A program made the position numbers and the translations under genes. This document shows positions 1 to 8,798 of a DNA stretch of 64,000 nucleotides, in pieces; the first letter of the stretch is position 1; every line of letters begins with the position of its first letter. The notes beneath the pieces were generated by a model. It did not search any database. It saw only the letters and a list, made by a program, of their open reading frames with translations, and had not been told where the DNA came from. Source of the stretch: an uncultured virus (IMG/VR IMGVR_UViG_3300032116_000170) (taxonomy: Duplodnaviria; Heunggongvirae; Uroviricota; Caudoviricetes); the IMG/VR virus record IMGVR_UViG_3300032116_000170; one strand, 5' to 3'.

Positions 1-10
1 TGCTGGGTTT

Positions 11-290
11 CTGGAACAGTAGTAGTAGTAGTAGTATATAGTATTATATAAATAAAAAAAGAAGAAAAAAATCCTGCCGAATATCCATGCAAGACATGAC
101 CAAACAATACAAAACATGATGTTCCGACATGTTCTTGGAACGTCTCTGGAACACGTTGCTTTTCTCGGAACATTGGAACACGGCGTAGCAACTGAGTACC
201 AAAGAGAATACGTGCGAAAAAGAAACGTGAACCAAGCTACTCAAAATGCGTGGCTGCGTGGCTACGCGTGCGTGGTTGCGTGGTTGCACA
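11..290. repeat. Non-coding repeat-rich region: (AGT)6, A/T tract, GGAAC repeats, TGCGTGGY repeats
   Basis: (AGT)6 at 18-35; GGAAC at 13,137,148,167,175 and inverted GTTC(C/T) at 121,131; TGCGTGGY at 247,255,269,277. Confidence 0.7.
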
Positions 291-365
291 AAAGCCACCA
301 GTTCCCTCAGCATGAGGCCAAAAGAGCATACGTGCTCGCGTGGAAAGCGAACCAAAGTGAGCAGA

Positions 366-418
366 CGCAAAAAAGCCCGCATGAAGCGGGCGCAAAAAAG
401 CCCGCATGTAGCGGGCTT
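366..418 (-). terminator. Tandem pair of intrinsic terminators for the - strand
   Basis: Two GCCCGC-ATG(A/T)A-GCGGGC hairpins, each preceded by A6 on + (U6 on -), just downstream of 439-906. Confidence 0.8.
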
Positions 419-422
419 GGAA

Positions 423-438
423 TTCCTACCGGGTAGGA
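423..438. promoter_or_regulatory. TTCCTAC-CGG-GTAGGA palindrome
   Basis: Member of repeated palindrome family; abuts the stop codon of 439-906. Confidence 0.6.
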
Positions 439-906
439 TTATTCGGTGATTTCGTATCCCTCAAATTCAAGCATAGATTGAATAATATCTGACAAGTCGC
501 CCTCATCATCCTCATATCGGGCTTGCATCGCCATTGTGGTGACTTTGAAATCCTCATGTCCAAATAACTTGGCAAGCAAGGGGAAAATGCTTGTATCTTT
601 TTCCGTGCCCTTGCCCTTCGCCTTGCCCTTGCCCTTCGAATGGGAGAATGAAAAGGGCACGCCCTCATTCACTGCAGCGACAAACCCGGTGACATAGTTG
701 CTATAAGTTTTCTCAGCCTTGCCCTTGAATTGGGCTTTCATGGCGTCACCAAGTTGCACACGGTATTGGCACGTTTTCTTGGATTTCCCGAAAACAATGC
801 CCCCGGCCTTCAAGGCCTTGGCTTGTTCGTTGATTGTCTCCAATGCGTTGACGCCATTGTAGATTGATGCTGCGACTGTCTTGAATGTGTTGATTGTGTC
901 AATCAT
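439..906 (-). CDS. Hypothetical early protein, 155 aa, Lys/Gly linker and acidic C-terminus
   Basis: ORF with AAAGG RBS, own promoter and terminators. Confidence 0.75.
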   Translation of the reverse strand: MIDTINTFKTVAASIYNGVNALETINEQAKALKAGGIVFGKSKKTCQYRVQLGDAMKAQFKGKAEKTYSNYVTGFVAAVNEGVPFSFSHSKGKGKAKGKGTEKDTSIFPLLAKLFGHEDFKVTTMAMQARYEDDEGDLSDIIQSMLEFEGYEITE

Positions 907-964
907 GATGTAAACCCTTTCGATTTAACCGGGCGATCAGGCTTGATCGTTTGCCGGTAAGTGA

Positions 965-994
965 ATTATAACATCGTTTCGCCCGCCTTGTCAC
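965..994 (-). promoter_or_regulatory. Sigma70-type promoter GTGACA-18-TATAAT with extended -10
   Basis: Read on - strand upstream of 439-906. Confidence 0.65.
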
Positions 995-1003
995 GTTTTG
1001 TTT

Positions 1004-1019
1004 TTCCTACCAGTAGGAA
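1004..1019. promoter_or_regulatory. TTCCTAC-CA-GTAGGAA palindrome
   Basis: Exact reverse complement of 63150-63165; about 10 bp upstream of the -35 box. Confidence 0.65.
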
Positions 1020-1303
1020 TTCCCGCGCACCGCGTCGCCCCCATGGGCAACCAGTTCCCCGCGACCCCACCGTACCCCCACCAAGCCTTTTGGGCGCGAC
1101 CGCATGGCTGCTCTATGCACTGTATTACGTTCAAACAAAAACCAATTTTCTAACGTTTCGCCCATTTAGCCATGTTTGATTCCTAGAACCCACCCCCCTT
1201 CTCGAAAAAACGCCTATGCGAAAAATTTTTTGCAAAAAATTTTTTGGTTTTCCGTTCCAGAACACACTACACACGATACTGTTTTATGTTGTATCATGCG
1301 GCC

Positions 1304-1909
1304 ATGATCCTGCTGACACCAGAGCTGAGCGTCCCCCTGCCATCCGAGCGGGAAGGAATGCTGTTGCTGCATGAGAAGACCGATGCCCTGTTCCACACGG
1401 CTGAGTTTTTGACCGCATTTGGGGTTCCGTCCGAGCCTTCGGAAGAAGATCAGGTGGCTGCCCGCGCTGCGTTCCATGAATCCATCAACACGGTGCAGAA
1501 CTCCACACTGCCGTTGGCCAAAACCGAAGCGATCAAAACCAGCGCCGCTGCCCGGCACCTCAAAGCGGTGCTCAGTGAGTATGACGAGATCGTGGTCAAG
1601 TCGGCTGTGCAGATTCGCACCTATGTCACCAACAAGCTGATTGAAGAGACGACCCACCCCGATGCCCGTATCCGCATGCGAGCCTTGGAACTGCTGGGTA
1701 AAGTGGGCGACGTGGGTCTGTTCGTTGAGCGGTCAGAAGTTACCGTGCGCCACAAGACCACCGTGGAGCTGGAAGATTCGATCAAGAGCCGGATTGCCAA
1801 GCTGCTGGAGATGCGAAGCGCAGCGGAAGACGTTGTGGATGTGAGCCCCAAAGAGCCCGACCCCAAGGCGGCAGCTGCAGAGCTGCTGCGGGAGGATGCG
1901 GATGATTGA
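1304..1909 (+). CDS. Putative terminase small subunit
   Basis: Position directly before and overlapping TerL; helical ~200 aa protein; start inferred. Confidence 0.55.
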   Translation: MILLTPELSVPLPSEREGMLLLHEKTDALFHTAEFLTAFGVPSEPSEEDQVAARAAFHESINTVQNSTLPLAKTEAIKTSAAARHLKAVLSEYDEIVVKSAVQIRTYVTNKLIEETTHPDARIRMRALELLGKVGDVGLFVERSEVTVRHKTTVELEDSIKSRIAKLLEMRSAAEDVVDVSPKEPDPKAAAAELLREDADD

Positions 1910-3437
1910 CTTTTCCAACTTCACCATCGAGGAGTTGCTCAAGCTGGACTTGGCCAAGATGGATGCGGAGGATTTGGAAGCGTTTGATGCCGCGTTGGCC
2001 GAGTTGGAACGGCGCGAAGCCGCAAAGCTGGCACGGGATAGCTTGATCGAGTTCTGCAAGCGCATGAGCCCGGACTACAAGGTGGGTAAACACCACAAGC
2101 GTCTGGCCAAGTTGCTGGAAGACATGGCGTACAACCGCAAAGACCGGATTGCGGTGTCGATTCCACCCCGCCATGGCAAGAGTCAGCTCGTGTCGATTTA
2201 CTTTCCAGCATGGTTTTTGGGAAATTTCCCCAACAAGAAGGTGCTGATGGTGTCGCACACCACTGATTTGGCGGTGGATTTCGGTCGCAAGGTGCGAAAT
2301 TTGGTGGATCAACCCACCTACAAAGACATTTTCCCCACAGTCGTGCTGGCTGCAGACTCCAAGAGTGCCGGTCGGTGGAACACCAACGAGGGCGGAGAGT
2401 ATTTCGCCTGCGGTGTGGGCTCCGCGCTGGCTGGTCGTGGTGCTGACTTCCTGATCGTGGACGATCCGTTCTCGGAACAGGACATCCTGAACGGCAACTA
2501 CGAGGTGTTTACCAAAGCATATGAGTGGTTCACGTTCGGAGCTCGCACGCGACTGATGCCCGGGGGGCGGGTTGCGATTGTGCACACTCGTTGGCATCCC
2601 AACGACCTGATCGGGATGATGGCCAAGGACATGGCCCGCAACGACGACACGGATCAGTATGAATTTTTTGAGTTTCCTGCAATCTTCAACGAAGGAACCG
2701 AGAGCGAGAAGGCTCTGTGGCCCGAGTTTTTTGATCTGGATGCCTTAAAACGCACCCGAGCGTCGATGCCCACGTTCCAGTGGAACGCCCAGTATCAGCA
2801 GAACCCCACATCCGAAGAAGGGGCGATGGTCAAGCGCGAGTGGTGGCGGCAGTGGGAAGAGGAAGACCCCCCAGAGCTGGACTTTGTCATCATGACGCTG
2901 GACGCGGCGGCGGAAAAGAACAACCGTGCTGACTTTACAGCGCTGCTGACGTGGGGAGTGTTCAGCCACCCCCGCCTGACAGAAAACAAGCCCAACATTA
3001 TCTTGTTGAACGCGATCAACGTGCGGGTGGAGTTCTACGAGCTTAAAGAGCTGGCACTGCGGGAATACAAGGAATGGGAGCCCGAGTCGTTTATCGTTGA
3101 AAAGAAGTCCAACGGAACCCCGCTGTACCAAGAGCTGCGGCGCATGGGCATTCCGGTCCAAGAATTTACCCCCCACAGGGGTACTGGGGACAAAGTTGCC
3201 CGCTTGAATGCTGTTTCAGATATTTTCAGATCAGGCATGGTCTGGTATCCTGCCGGTAGACGCTGGGCTGAAGCGGTAGTTGAGCAAGTCGCGGCTTTTC
3301 CGGCGTCAGAAAATGACGACATGGTTGACTGCACAAGCATGGCATTGCACCGCTTTCGGAGTGGTGGGTTTATCAGCTTGAACAGCGACGAAAAAGATGA
3401 CCTGTACGACTACCGGCGCAAGGCAGCGTACTATTAA
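1902..3437 (+). CDS. terL: Terminase large subunit
   Basis: Walker A PPRHGKS, Walker B LIVDDP, coupling motif HTRW, C-terminal nuclease NDDMVD; GGAGG RBS. Confidence 0.95.
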   Translation: MIDFSNFTIEELLKLDLAKMDAEDLEAFDAALAELERREAAKLARDSLIEFCKRMSPDYKVGKHHKRLAKLLEDMAYNRKDRIAVSIPPRHGKSQLVSIYFPAWFLGNFPNKKVLMVSHTTDLAVDFGRKVRNLVDQPTYKDIFPTVVLAADSKSAGRWNTNEGGEYFACGVGSALAGRGADFLIVDDPFSEQDILNGNYEVFTKAYEWFTFGARTRLMPGGRVAIVHTRWHPNDLIGMMAKDMARNDDTDQYEFFEFPAIFNEGTESEKALWPEFFDLDALKRTRASMPTFQWNAQYQQNPTSEEGAMVKREWWRQWEEEDPPELDFVIMTLDAAAEKNNRADFTALLTWGVFSHPRLTENKPNIILLNAINVRVEFYELKELALREYKEWEPESFIVEKKSNGTPLYQELRRMGIPVQEFTPHRGTGDKVARLNAVSDIFRSGMVWYPAGRRWAEAVVEQVAAFPASENDDMVDCTSMALHRFRSGGFISLNSDEKDDLYDYRRKAAYY

Positions 3438-3446
3438 GGAACCTAC

Positions 3447-5894
3447 ATGGCCACGAACATTGACAAAGCACTCTTTCAGCAACCCACGGGCATTGATGCC
3501 GCAGGGGAGGCGGAGGAGCCGATCGAAATTGAGATCGTAGACCCGGAGGCTGTGAACATCGACATGGGTGATGTGGAGATCAGCATTGAGAAAGGCGAGC
3601 CCAGCATCGACGACTTCGATGCCAACTTGGCCGAATATCTGCCCGAGAACCAGATGGCCACCATGATCACGGACTTGGTTGCCGACATCGAGAACGACCG
3701 CAACTCCCGCAAAGAGTGGGAGAAAGCCTACGTCACAGGCTTAAAACTGCTGGGCCTGCAGATTGAAGAGCGCACAGAGCCTTGGGACGGCGCATCCGGC
3801 GTGTTCCACCCCATGATCACAGAGGCTGTTGTAAGGTTCCAGAGCGAAACCATCACGGAAACCTTCCCTGCCATGGGTCCTGTGCGGACCAAAATCATCG
3901 GCAAAGAGACGCCCGAGAAGAAAGACGCCGCCATGCGCGTCCAAGATGACATGAACTTCCAGCTCACGGAAGTCATGCAGGAGTTCCGCCCAGAGCACGA
4001 GCGCATGCTGTGGAGCCTCCCGGCTACGGGTTCGGCATTCAAAAAGGTCTATTTCGACCCCAACTTCGGGCGTCAAACGTCTGTATTTATCCCTGCCGAA
4101 GACATCTTGCTGCCCTACGGCACCTCGGACATCCAGACTTGCTACCGTGTCACGCACGTCATGCGCAAGACCGAGAACGAGATCATCAAACTCCAGCAGG
4201 CGGGGTTCTACCGCGACGTGGACATCGGTTCCCCAGACAAGGCGATCGACGAGATCAACAAGGCCAAGGACAAAGAGACGGGCTTTGCTGATTTGAACGA
4301 CGAGCGCTTCACGTTGTGCGAAAGCCACGTGGACTTGGTGCTCAAGGACGACCCCCTGTGCGAGAAAGACGACGATGGCGAGCCCACAGGCGTTGCGCTG
4401 CCGTACGTGGTCACATACATCCGTGGCTCAAACACCGTGCTGGCCATCCGCCGCAACTGGGACGAAGACGACAGCCTGCACTTGAAGCGCCAGCACTTCG
4501 TGCACTACCAGTACATTCCCGGCTTCGGGGCATATGGCTTCGGTCTGTTCCACCTGATCGGTGGGTTTGCCAACTCGGCCACCAGCTTGATGCGCCAGCT
4601 GATCGACGCAGGCACGCTGTCCAACCTGCCCGGCGGTTTGAAGTCTCGTGGCCTGCGGATCAAGGGTGACGACACGCCGATCGCTCCGGGCGAGTTCCGC
4701 GACGTGGATGTGGGCTCGGGCACGATCCGCGACAACATCTTGCCGCTGCCTTACAAAGACCCATCACAGACTTTGTATCAGTTGCTCAACACCGTGGTGG
4801 AAGAGGGCCGTCGTTTTGCCGCAACAGCAGATATGAAGATCAGCGACATGGGTGCCAACGCACCTGTAGGCTCCACGCTGGCTCTGCTGGAGCGTCAGCT
4901 CAAGGTCATGACAGCTGTTCAGGCCCGTGTGCACTTCACACTGAAGCAAGAACTCCAGTTGTTGGCAGCCATCATCCGCGATTACACGGACGACGAGTAC
5001 TCCTACGAGCCAGACGGCGAACAAGGCCCACGGGCCAAGAAGAGTGACTACCGCCACGTGGACATTCTGCCCGTGAGCGACCCCAACGCAGCCACAATGT
5101 CCCAGCGTGTGGTGCAGTACCAAGCCGTGATCCAGTTGGCGCAGATGGCCCCGGACATTTACGACCTGCCTAAGCTGCACCGGGGCATGCTGGAGGTGCT
5201 AGGCATCAAGCACGCAGACAAGCTCGTGCCGCTGGAAGAAGACCAAAAGCCGACCGACCCTGTGTCTGAGAACATGAATGCACTTAAGGGTAAACCCTTA
5301 AAAGCGTTTCAGTACCAAGACCATCAGGCGCACATTCAAGTGCACATGTCGGCCATGCAAGACCCGATCATCATGCAGTTGGTCGGCCAAAACCCCCGAG
5401 CACCGCAGATTCAGGCTGCCATGATGGCCCACATCGCAGAGCACGTTGGCTTCGGCTACCGCCAGAAGATTGAGCAGCAGTTGGGCATGCCCCTGCCGCC
5501 CGAAGACGAGAAGCTGCCACCCCAGATCGAGATCGCCCTGTCCGGCATGATGGCCCAAGCAGCCCAGCAGGTGCTGCAACAAAGCCAAGCGCAAGTGGCT
5601 CAACAGCAAGCGCAGCAGCAAGCACAAGACCCTGTTGTGCAAATGCAACAGAAGGAGCTGGAACTCAAGGAAAAAGACTTGGCGCTCAAGGAGAAGAAAC
5701 TCCAAGTTGACGCCGCAGCCAAGGCCGATGAGCTGGAGCTTAAAGAAAAGCAGTTGCAGGTTGACGCGGCCTACAAGGCCGACAAGCTGGAGGCTGACCA
5801 AGAACGTGACGGCGTCCGTATGGGCGTTGACATCGCAAGAAGCAGACAACAGGCTGCTGCCCAAAACCAAAGGAAAGGTCCCGGTAACCAATGA
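3447..5894 (+). CDS. Portal protein (podovirus P22/SU10-like) with Gln-rich coiled-coil C-terminus
   Basis: 815 aa after TerL; HPMITEAVVRFQ, GAYGFGLFH motifs; long helical tail. Confidence 0.85.
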   Translation: MATNIDKALFQQPTGIDAAGEAEEPIEIEIVDPEAVNIDMGDVEISIEKGEPSIDDFDANLAEYLPENQMATMITDLVADIENDRNSRKEWEKAYVTGLKLLGLQIEERTEPWDGASGVFHPMITEAVVRFQSETITETFPAMGPVRTKIIGKETPEKKDAAMRVQDDMNFQLTEVMQEFRPEHERMLWSLPATGSAFKKVYFDPNFGRQTSVFIPAEDILLPYGTSDIQTCYRVTHVMRKTENEIIKLQQAGFYRDVDIGSPDKAIDEINKAKDKETGFADLNDERFTLCESHVDLVLKDDPLCEKDDDGEPTGVALPYVVTYIRGSNTVLAIRRNWDEDDSLHLKRQHFVHYQYIPGFGAYGFGLFHLIGGFANSATSLMRQLIDAGTLSNLPGGLKSRGLRIKGDDTPIAPGEFRDVDVGSGTIRDNILPLPYKDPSQTLYQLLNTVVEEGRRFAATADMKISDMGANAPVGSTLALLERQLKVMTAVQARVHFTLKQELQLLAAIIRDYTDDEYSYEPDGEQGPRAKKSDYRHVDILPVSDPNAATMSQRVVQYQAVIQLAQMAPDIYDLPKLHRGMLEVLGIKHADKLVPLEEDQKPTDPVSENMNALKGKPLKAFQYQDHQAHIQVHMSAMQDPIIMQLVGQNPRAPQIQAAMMAHIAEHVGFGYRQKIEQQLGMPLPPEDEKLPPQIEIALSGMMAQAAQQVLQQSQAQVAQQQAQQQAQDPVVQMQQKELELKEKDLALKEKKLQVDAAAKADELELKEKQLQVDAAYKADKLEADQERDGVRMGVDIARSRQQAAAQNQRKGPGNQ

Positions 5895-6085
5895 TCTCCG
5901 ACTTCGCACGCGTATTGCGCGAAAAATTACGCACCGACATGAACAACTACGCCGATGACTTGGCGGGTGGAGCGTGTCGCTCTTTTGACGAATACCAAAA
6001 ACTCTGCGGAATCATTCAAGGTCTTGCGACCGCAGAGCGTCATCTCCTAGACCTTGCAGAGAAAGTAGAGCAATCAGATGAGTGA
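5891..6085 (+). CDS. Small head-module protein
   Basis: ATGA-coupled to portal, overlaps next gene. Confidence 0.7.
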   Translation: MISDFARVLREKLRTDMNNYADDLAGGACRSFDEYQKLCGIIQGLATAERHLLDLAEKVEQSDE

Positions 6086-6512
6086 AATCATTCTGCCTCC
6101 CGGCATCACACTGCCCAAACACATTCAGCCGCTTGACGCCCCCGAGGCCGACGCGGATAACGAAACCAAAGCATCGGCACTGCCCGTACCTACGGGATAC
6201 AAGCTGCTGTGCGTTGTGCCGGAAGTCGATGAAAAGATCGCCGGTACGACCCTCGACCTCGTTCGAGATGCTGCGACCATGAGAGCTGAAGAACACGCGA
6301 CAACCGTGCTGTTCGTGCTTCGGGTCGGACCAGACGCGTACAAAGACCCTGCCAAGTTCCCATCCGGGCCTTGGTGCAAAGAGGGTGACTTTGTGCTCGT
6401 GCGCACCTACACAGGTACGCGATTCAAGGTGTTTGGTAAGGAGTTCAGGGTTCTGAACGACGACCAGATTGAGTGTGTTGTGCAAGACCCACGCGGGTAC
6501 ACCCGCGCATAA
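6078..6512 (+). CDS. groES: GroES/Cpn10-like co-chaperonin
   Basis: PTGYKLL...VLRVGP...CKEGDFV...YTGTRFKVFGKEFRVLNDDQIECVV follows the Cpn10 pattern. Confidence 0.85.
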   Translation: MSEIILPPGITLPKHIQPLDAPEADADNETKASALPVPTGYKLLCVVPEVDEKIAGTTLDLVRDAATMRAEEHATTVLFVLRVGPDAYKDPAKFPSGPWCKEGDFVLVRTYTGTRFKVFGKEFRVLNDDQIECVVQDPRGYTRA

Positions 6513-6521
6513 GGAGCAGAA

Positions 6522-6755
6522 ATGGAAACCCAAGCAATGACTTTTGGCGAAAAGGCGGTTGGCCTATCGTTTAACCCGAGCCAAGACCCTACGGTGGCGG
6601 CAATTAAACGCAAGTGTGCCGACTTGATTGATGAAATTCACGAGTTGCGCACAAATCAACCCAACGCTGAAATTGCTCGTATGGCAAGTGTTGCCATTAC
6701 CGACATTCAGTCCGGTCAGATGTGGGCAGTTAAAGCTGCCACATGGCAATACTAA
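6522..6755 (+). CDS. Acb2/Tad1-like helical hairpin protein (candidate anti-defence nucleotide sponge)
   Basis: 77 aa; C-terminal RMASVAITDIQSGQMWAVKA resembles the Acb2 C-terminal helix as I recall it. Confidence 0.55.
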   Translation: METQAMTFGEKAVGLSFNPSQDPTVAAIKRKCADLIDEIHELRTNQPNAEIARMASVAITDIQSGQMWAVKAATWQY

Positions 6756-6766
6756 AAGGAGCAGAA

Positions 6767-7717
6767 ATGGACGCGTACAAGTTCCCGGACGAACTGGACG
6801 ACGACAAAAACGTCGATCTGGAAGTCTCTACTGACGATGAGGTTGAAGTCGAGATCATTGACGACACCCCTGAAAAGGACCGTGGCCGCAAGCCGCTGGA
6901 CCGCGAAGTGGCTGACCCCACTGATGACGAGATTGAGTCGTACTCCGACGGCGTTAAAAAGCGCATCAAGGAGTTGACCCACGCACGTCATGATGAGCGC
7001 CGGGCCAAAGAAGCCCTGCTGCGTGAGAAGCAAGAGCTTGAACGCCTTGCCCAGCATATGGTCGCGGAGAACAACCGCCTCAAGCAATATGTCAATACCG
7101 GCACTGAGCAGTACGCTGCGTCGCAGCTGTCGTTGGCCGAGACTGAGGTTGAGAAGGCCAAGCGTCAATACAAAGAAGCGTATGAATCCGGCGATTCGGA
7201 CGCGATCGTTGCCGCTCAGGAAGCAATGACTGACGCCAAGATGAAAGTGCAGGCTGCAAAAAATTTCAAGCCAGCACCTTTACAGGTCGATGAAACTGAT
7301 GTACAAACACAACAAAGCCAAGCACCCCGTCAAGAGCTGGACGAAAAGACTGCTCGCTGGCAGGCAAAAAACCAGTGGTTCGGTTCACCGGGGTACGAGG
7401 AAGTCACCAGCTTTGCACTAGGGCTGCACCAAAAACTAGTGAACTCCGGGGTTGATCCCCGCTCTGACGATTACTTCGAGCGAATCGACGCTCGCATGAA
7501 GTCCACGTTCCCCGAAGTTTTCGGTGGTTCTGAAGACAAGCCAAAATCCGGCGACGGCTCCAAACGACCTACTTCGGTTGTTGCCCCGGCGACTCGTTCG
7601 ACTGGCGCACGCAAAGTCCAGTTGACCCCTACGCAAGTTGCGTTGGCGAAAAAATATGGATTAACCCCGCAGCAATACGCTGCTGAAGTAGCAAAACTGG
7701 AGAAATCGAATGGCTGA
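6767..7717 (+). CDS. Putative capsid scaffolding protein
   Basis: Acidic N-terminus, long coiled coil, C-terminal helix-turn-helix; between portal and capsid. Confidence 0.7.
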   Translation: MDAYKFPDELDDDKNVDLEVSTDDEVEVEIIDDTPEKDRGRKPLDREVADPTDDEIESYSDGVKKRIKELTHARHDERRAKEALLREKQELERLAQHMVAENNRLKQYVNTGTEQYAASQLSLAETEVEKAKRQYKEAYESGDSDAIVAAQEAMTDAKMKVQAAKNFKPAPLQVDETDVQTQQSQAPRQELDEKTARWQAKNQWFGSPGYEEVTSFALGLHQKLVNSGVDPRSDDYFERIDARMKSTFPEVFGGSEDKPKSGDGSKRPTSVVAPATRSTGARKVQLTPTQVALAKKYGLTPQQYAAEVAKLEKSNG

Positions 7718-8168
7718 AACAATTAACCGGAACCCTCGTGCACTTGAGGCACGCGAAAAAACTACTCGCTACGTGTATACACCTGCGAGCGCACTGCCCG
7801 ACCCGACACCTGAACCCGGAATGGTTTATCGCTGGATTGCGACACACGTTCTCGGTCAGCCCCAAAACACTAACGTGTCTACCAAGATGCGTGAAGGTTG
7901 GGAGCCGGTAAAAGCAGTGGACCATCCCGAGCTCATGCTTGAGGGTAATGCGAAGACCGGAAACGTCGAACTCGGCGGCCTCATGCTCTGCAAGATGCCA
8001 CGTGAACGCGCACAAGCCCGTGACGAGTATTACGCCAAACAAGCGCAGGCCCAGATGGAATCTGTGGATAACAGTTTCATGCGAAACAATGACCCCCGCA
8101 TGCCTCTGTTCGCTGACCGCAAGTCTTCGACCAGTCGTGGTGGTGGTTTTGGTTCTGGTTCAAAGTAA
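7710..8168 (+). CDS. Head-module protein of unknown function
   Basis: Overlapping ORF with GGAG RBS; YRWI and REGWEPV motifs. Confidence 0.7.
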   Translation: MAETINRNPRALEAREKTTRYVYTPASALPDPTPEPGMVYRWIATHVLGQPQNTNVSTKMREGWEPVKAVDHPELMLEGNAKTGNVELGGLMLCKMPRERAQARDEYYAKQAQAQMESVDNSFMRNNDPRMPLFADRKSSTSRGGGFGSGSK

Positions 8169-8182
8169 CAAGGAGTCCTTAA

Positions 8183-8785
8183 ATGGCAACAACCGCTTCC
8201 CCCTACGGCCTGCGTGCCGTAAACCGTAACGACGGCATGCCTTATGCTGGCGCTACAAGTCAGTTCCTGATTAACCCCGCAGGTCTGGCATCCAACATCT
8301 TCAACGGCCAAGTTGTGATCATCAACGCAGCCGGTTACGTCGCTTTGGCTACTGCCACTGGCGCTGACTTGACAACCAACAACCTCGGCGGTGCTGATCT
8401 CGGCGCTCTGGGTGTTTTTGTTGGCTGCTCGTACATCAACGCACAAGGCCAGCAAATCTACGGCCAGTACTACCCTGCCAACACAACTGGCGTGGTGACT
8501 GCATACGTGATCACTGACCCCAACGTGACGTTCCAAGCTCAGCTGGATGGCGTTGCCGACCAGTCGGACCTCGGTGCAAACACTTTCTTTGCCGCTGCGC
8601 AGAGCTCCAGCACTGGTTCCACCCAGACTGGTAACTCCACCAGCGCTTTGGAGTCCACCACTGTGACCACGGCTGCCGCGTTCAAGATCATCGGTTTCGC
8701 TTCCCCAGTGACTGATGCTTTCCCTGACGTGCTGGTTAAGTTCAACCCCGGCGCTCATGCCTTCACCAACGCCGTCGGCATCTAA
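8183..8785 (+). CDS. Putative capsid decoration/cement protein
   Basis: Ala/Gly/Thr-rich beta protein immediately before the major capsid gene; AAGGAG RBS. Confidence 0.6.
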   Translation: MATTASPYGLRAVNRNDGMPYAGATSQFLINPAGLASNIFNGQVVIINAAGYVALATATGADLTTNNLGGADLGALGVFVGCSYINAQGQQIYGQYYPANTTGVVTAYVITDPNVTFQAQLDGVADQSDLGANTFFAAAQSSSTGSTQTGNSTSALESTTVTTAAAFKIIGFASPVTDAFPDVLVKFNPGAHAFTNAVGI

Positions 8786-8798
8786 GGAGTAAAGTACC

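Noticed and set aside
44..449. ORFs at 44-382, 116-436, 246-449
   Set aside because: Run through repeats and terminators with no RBS; region more likely non-coding
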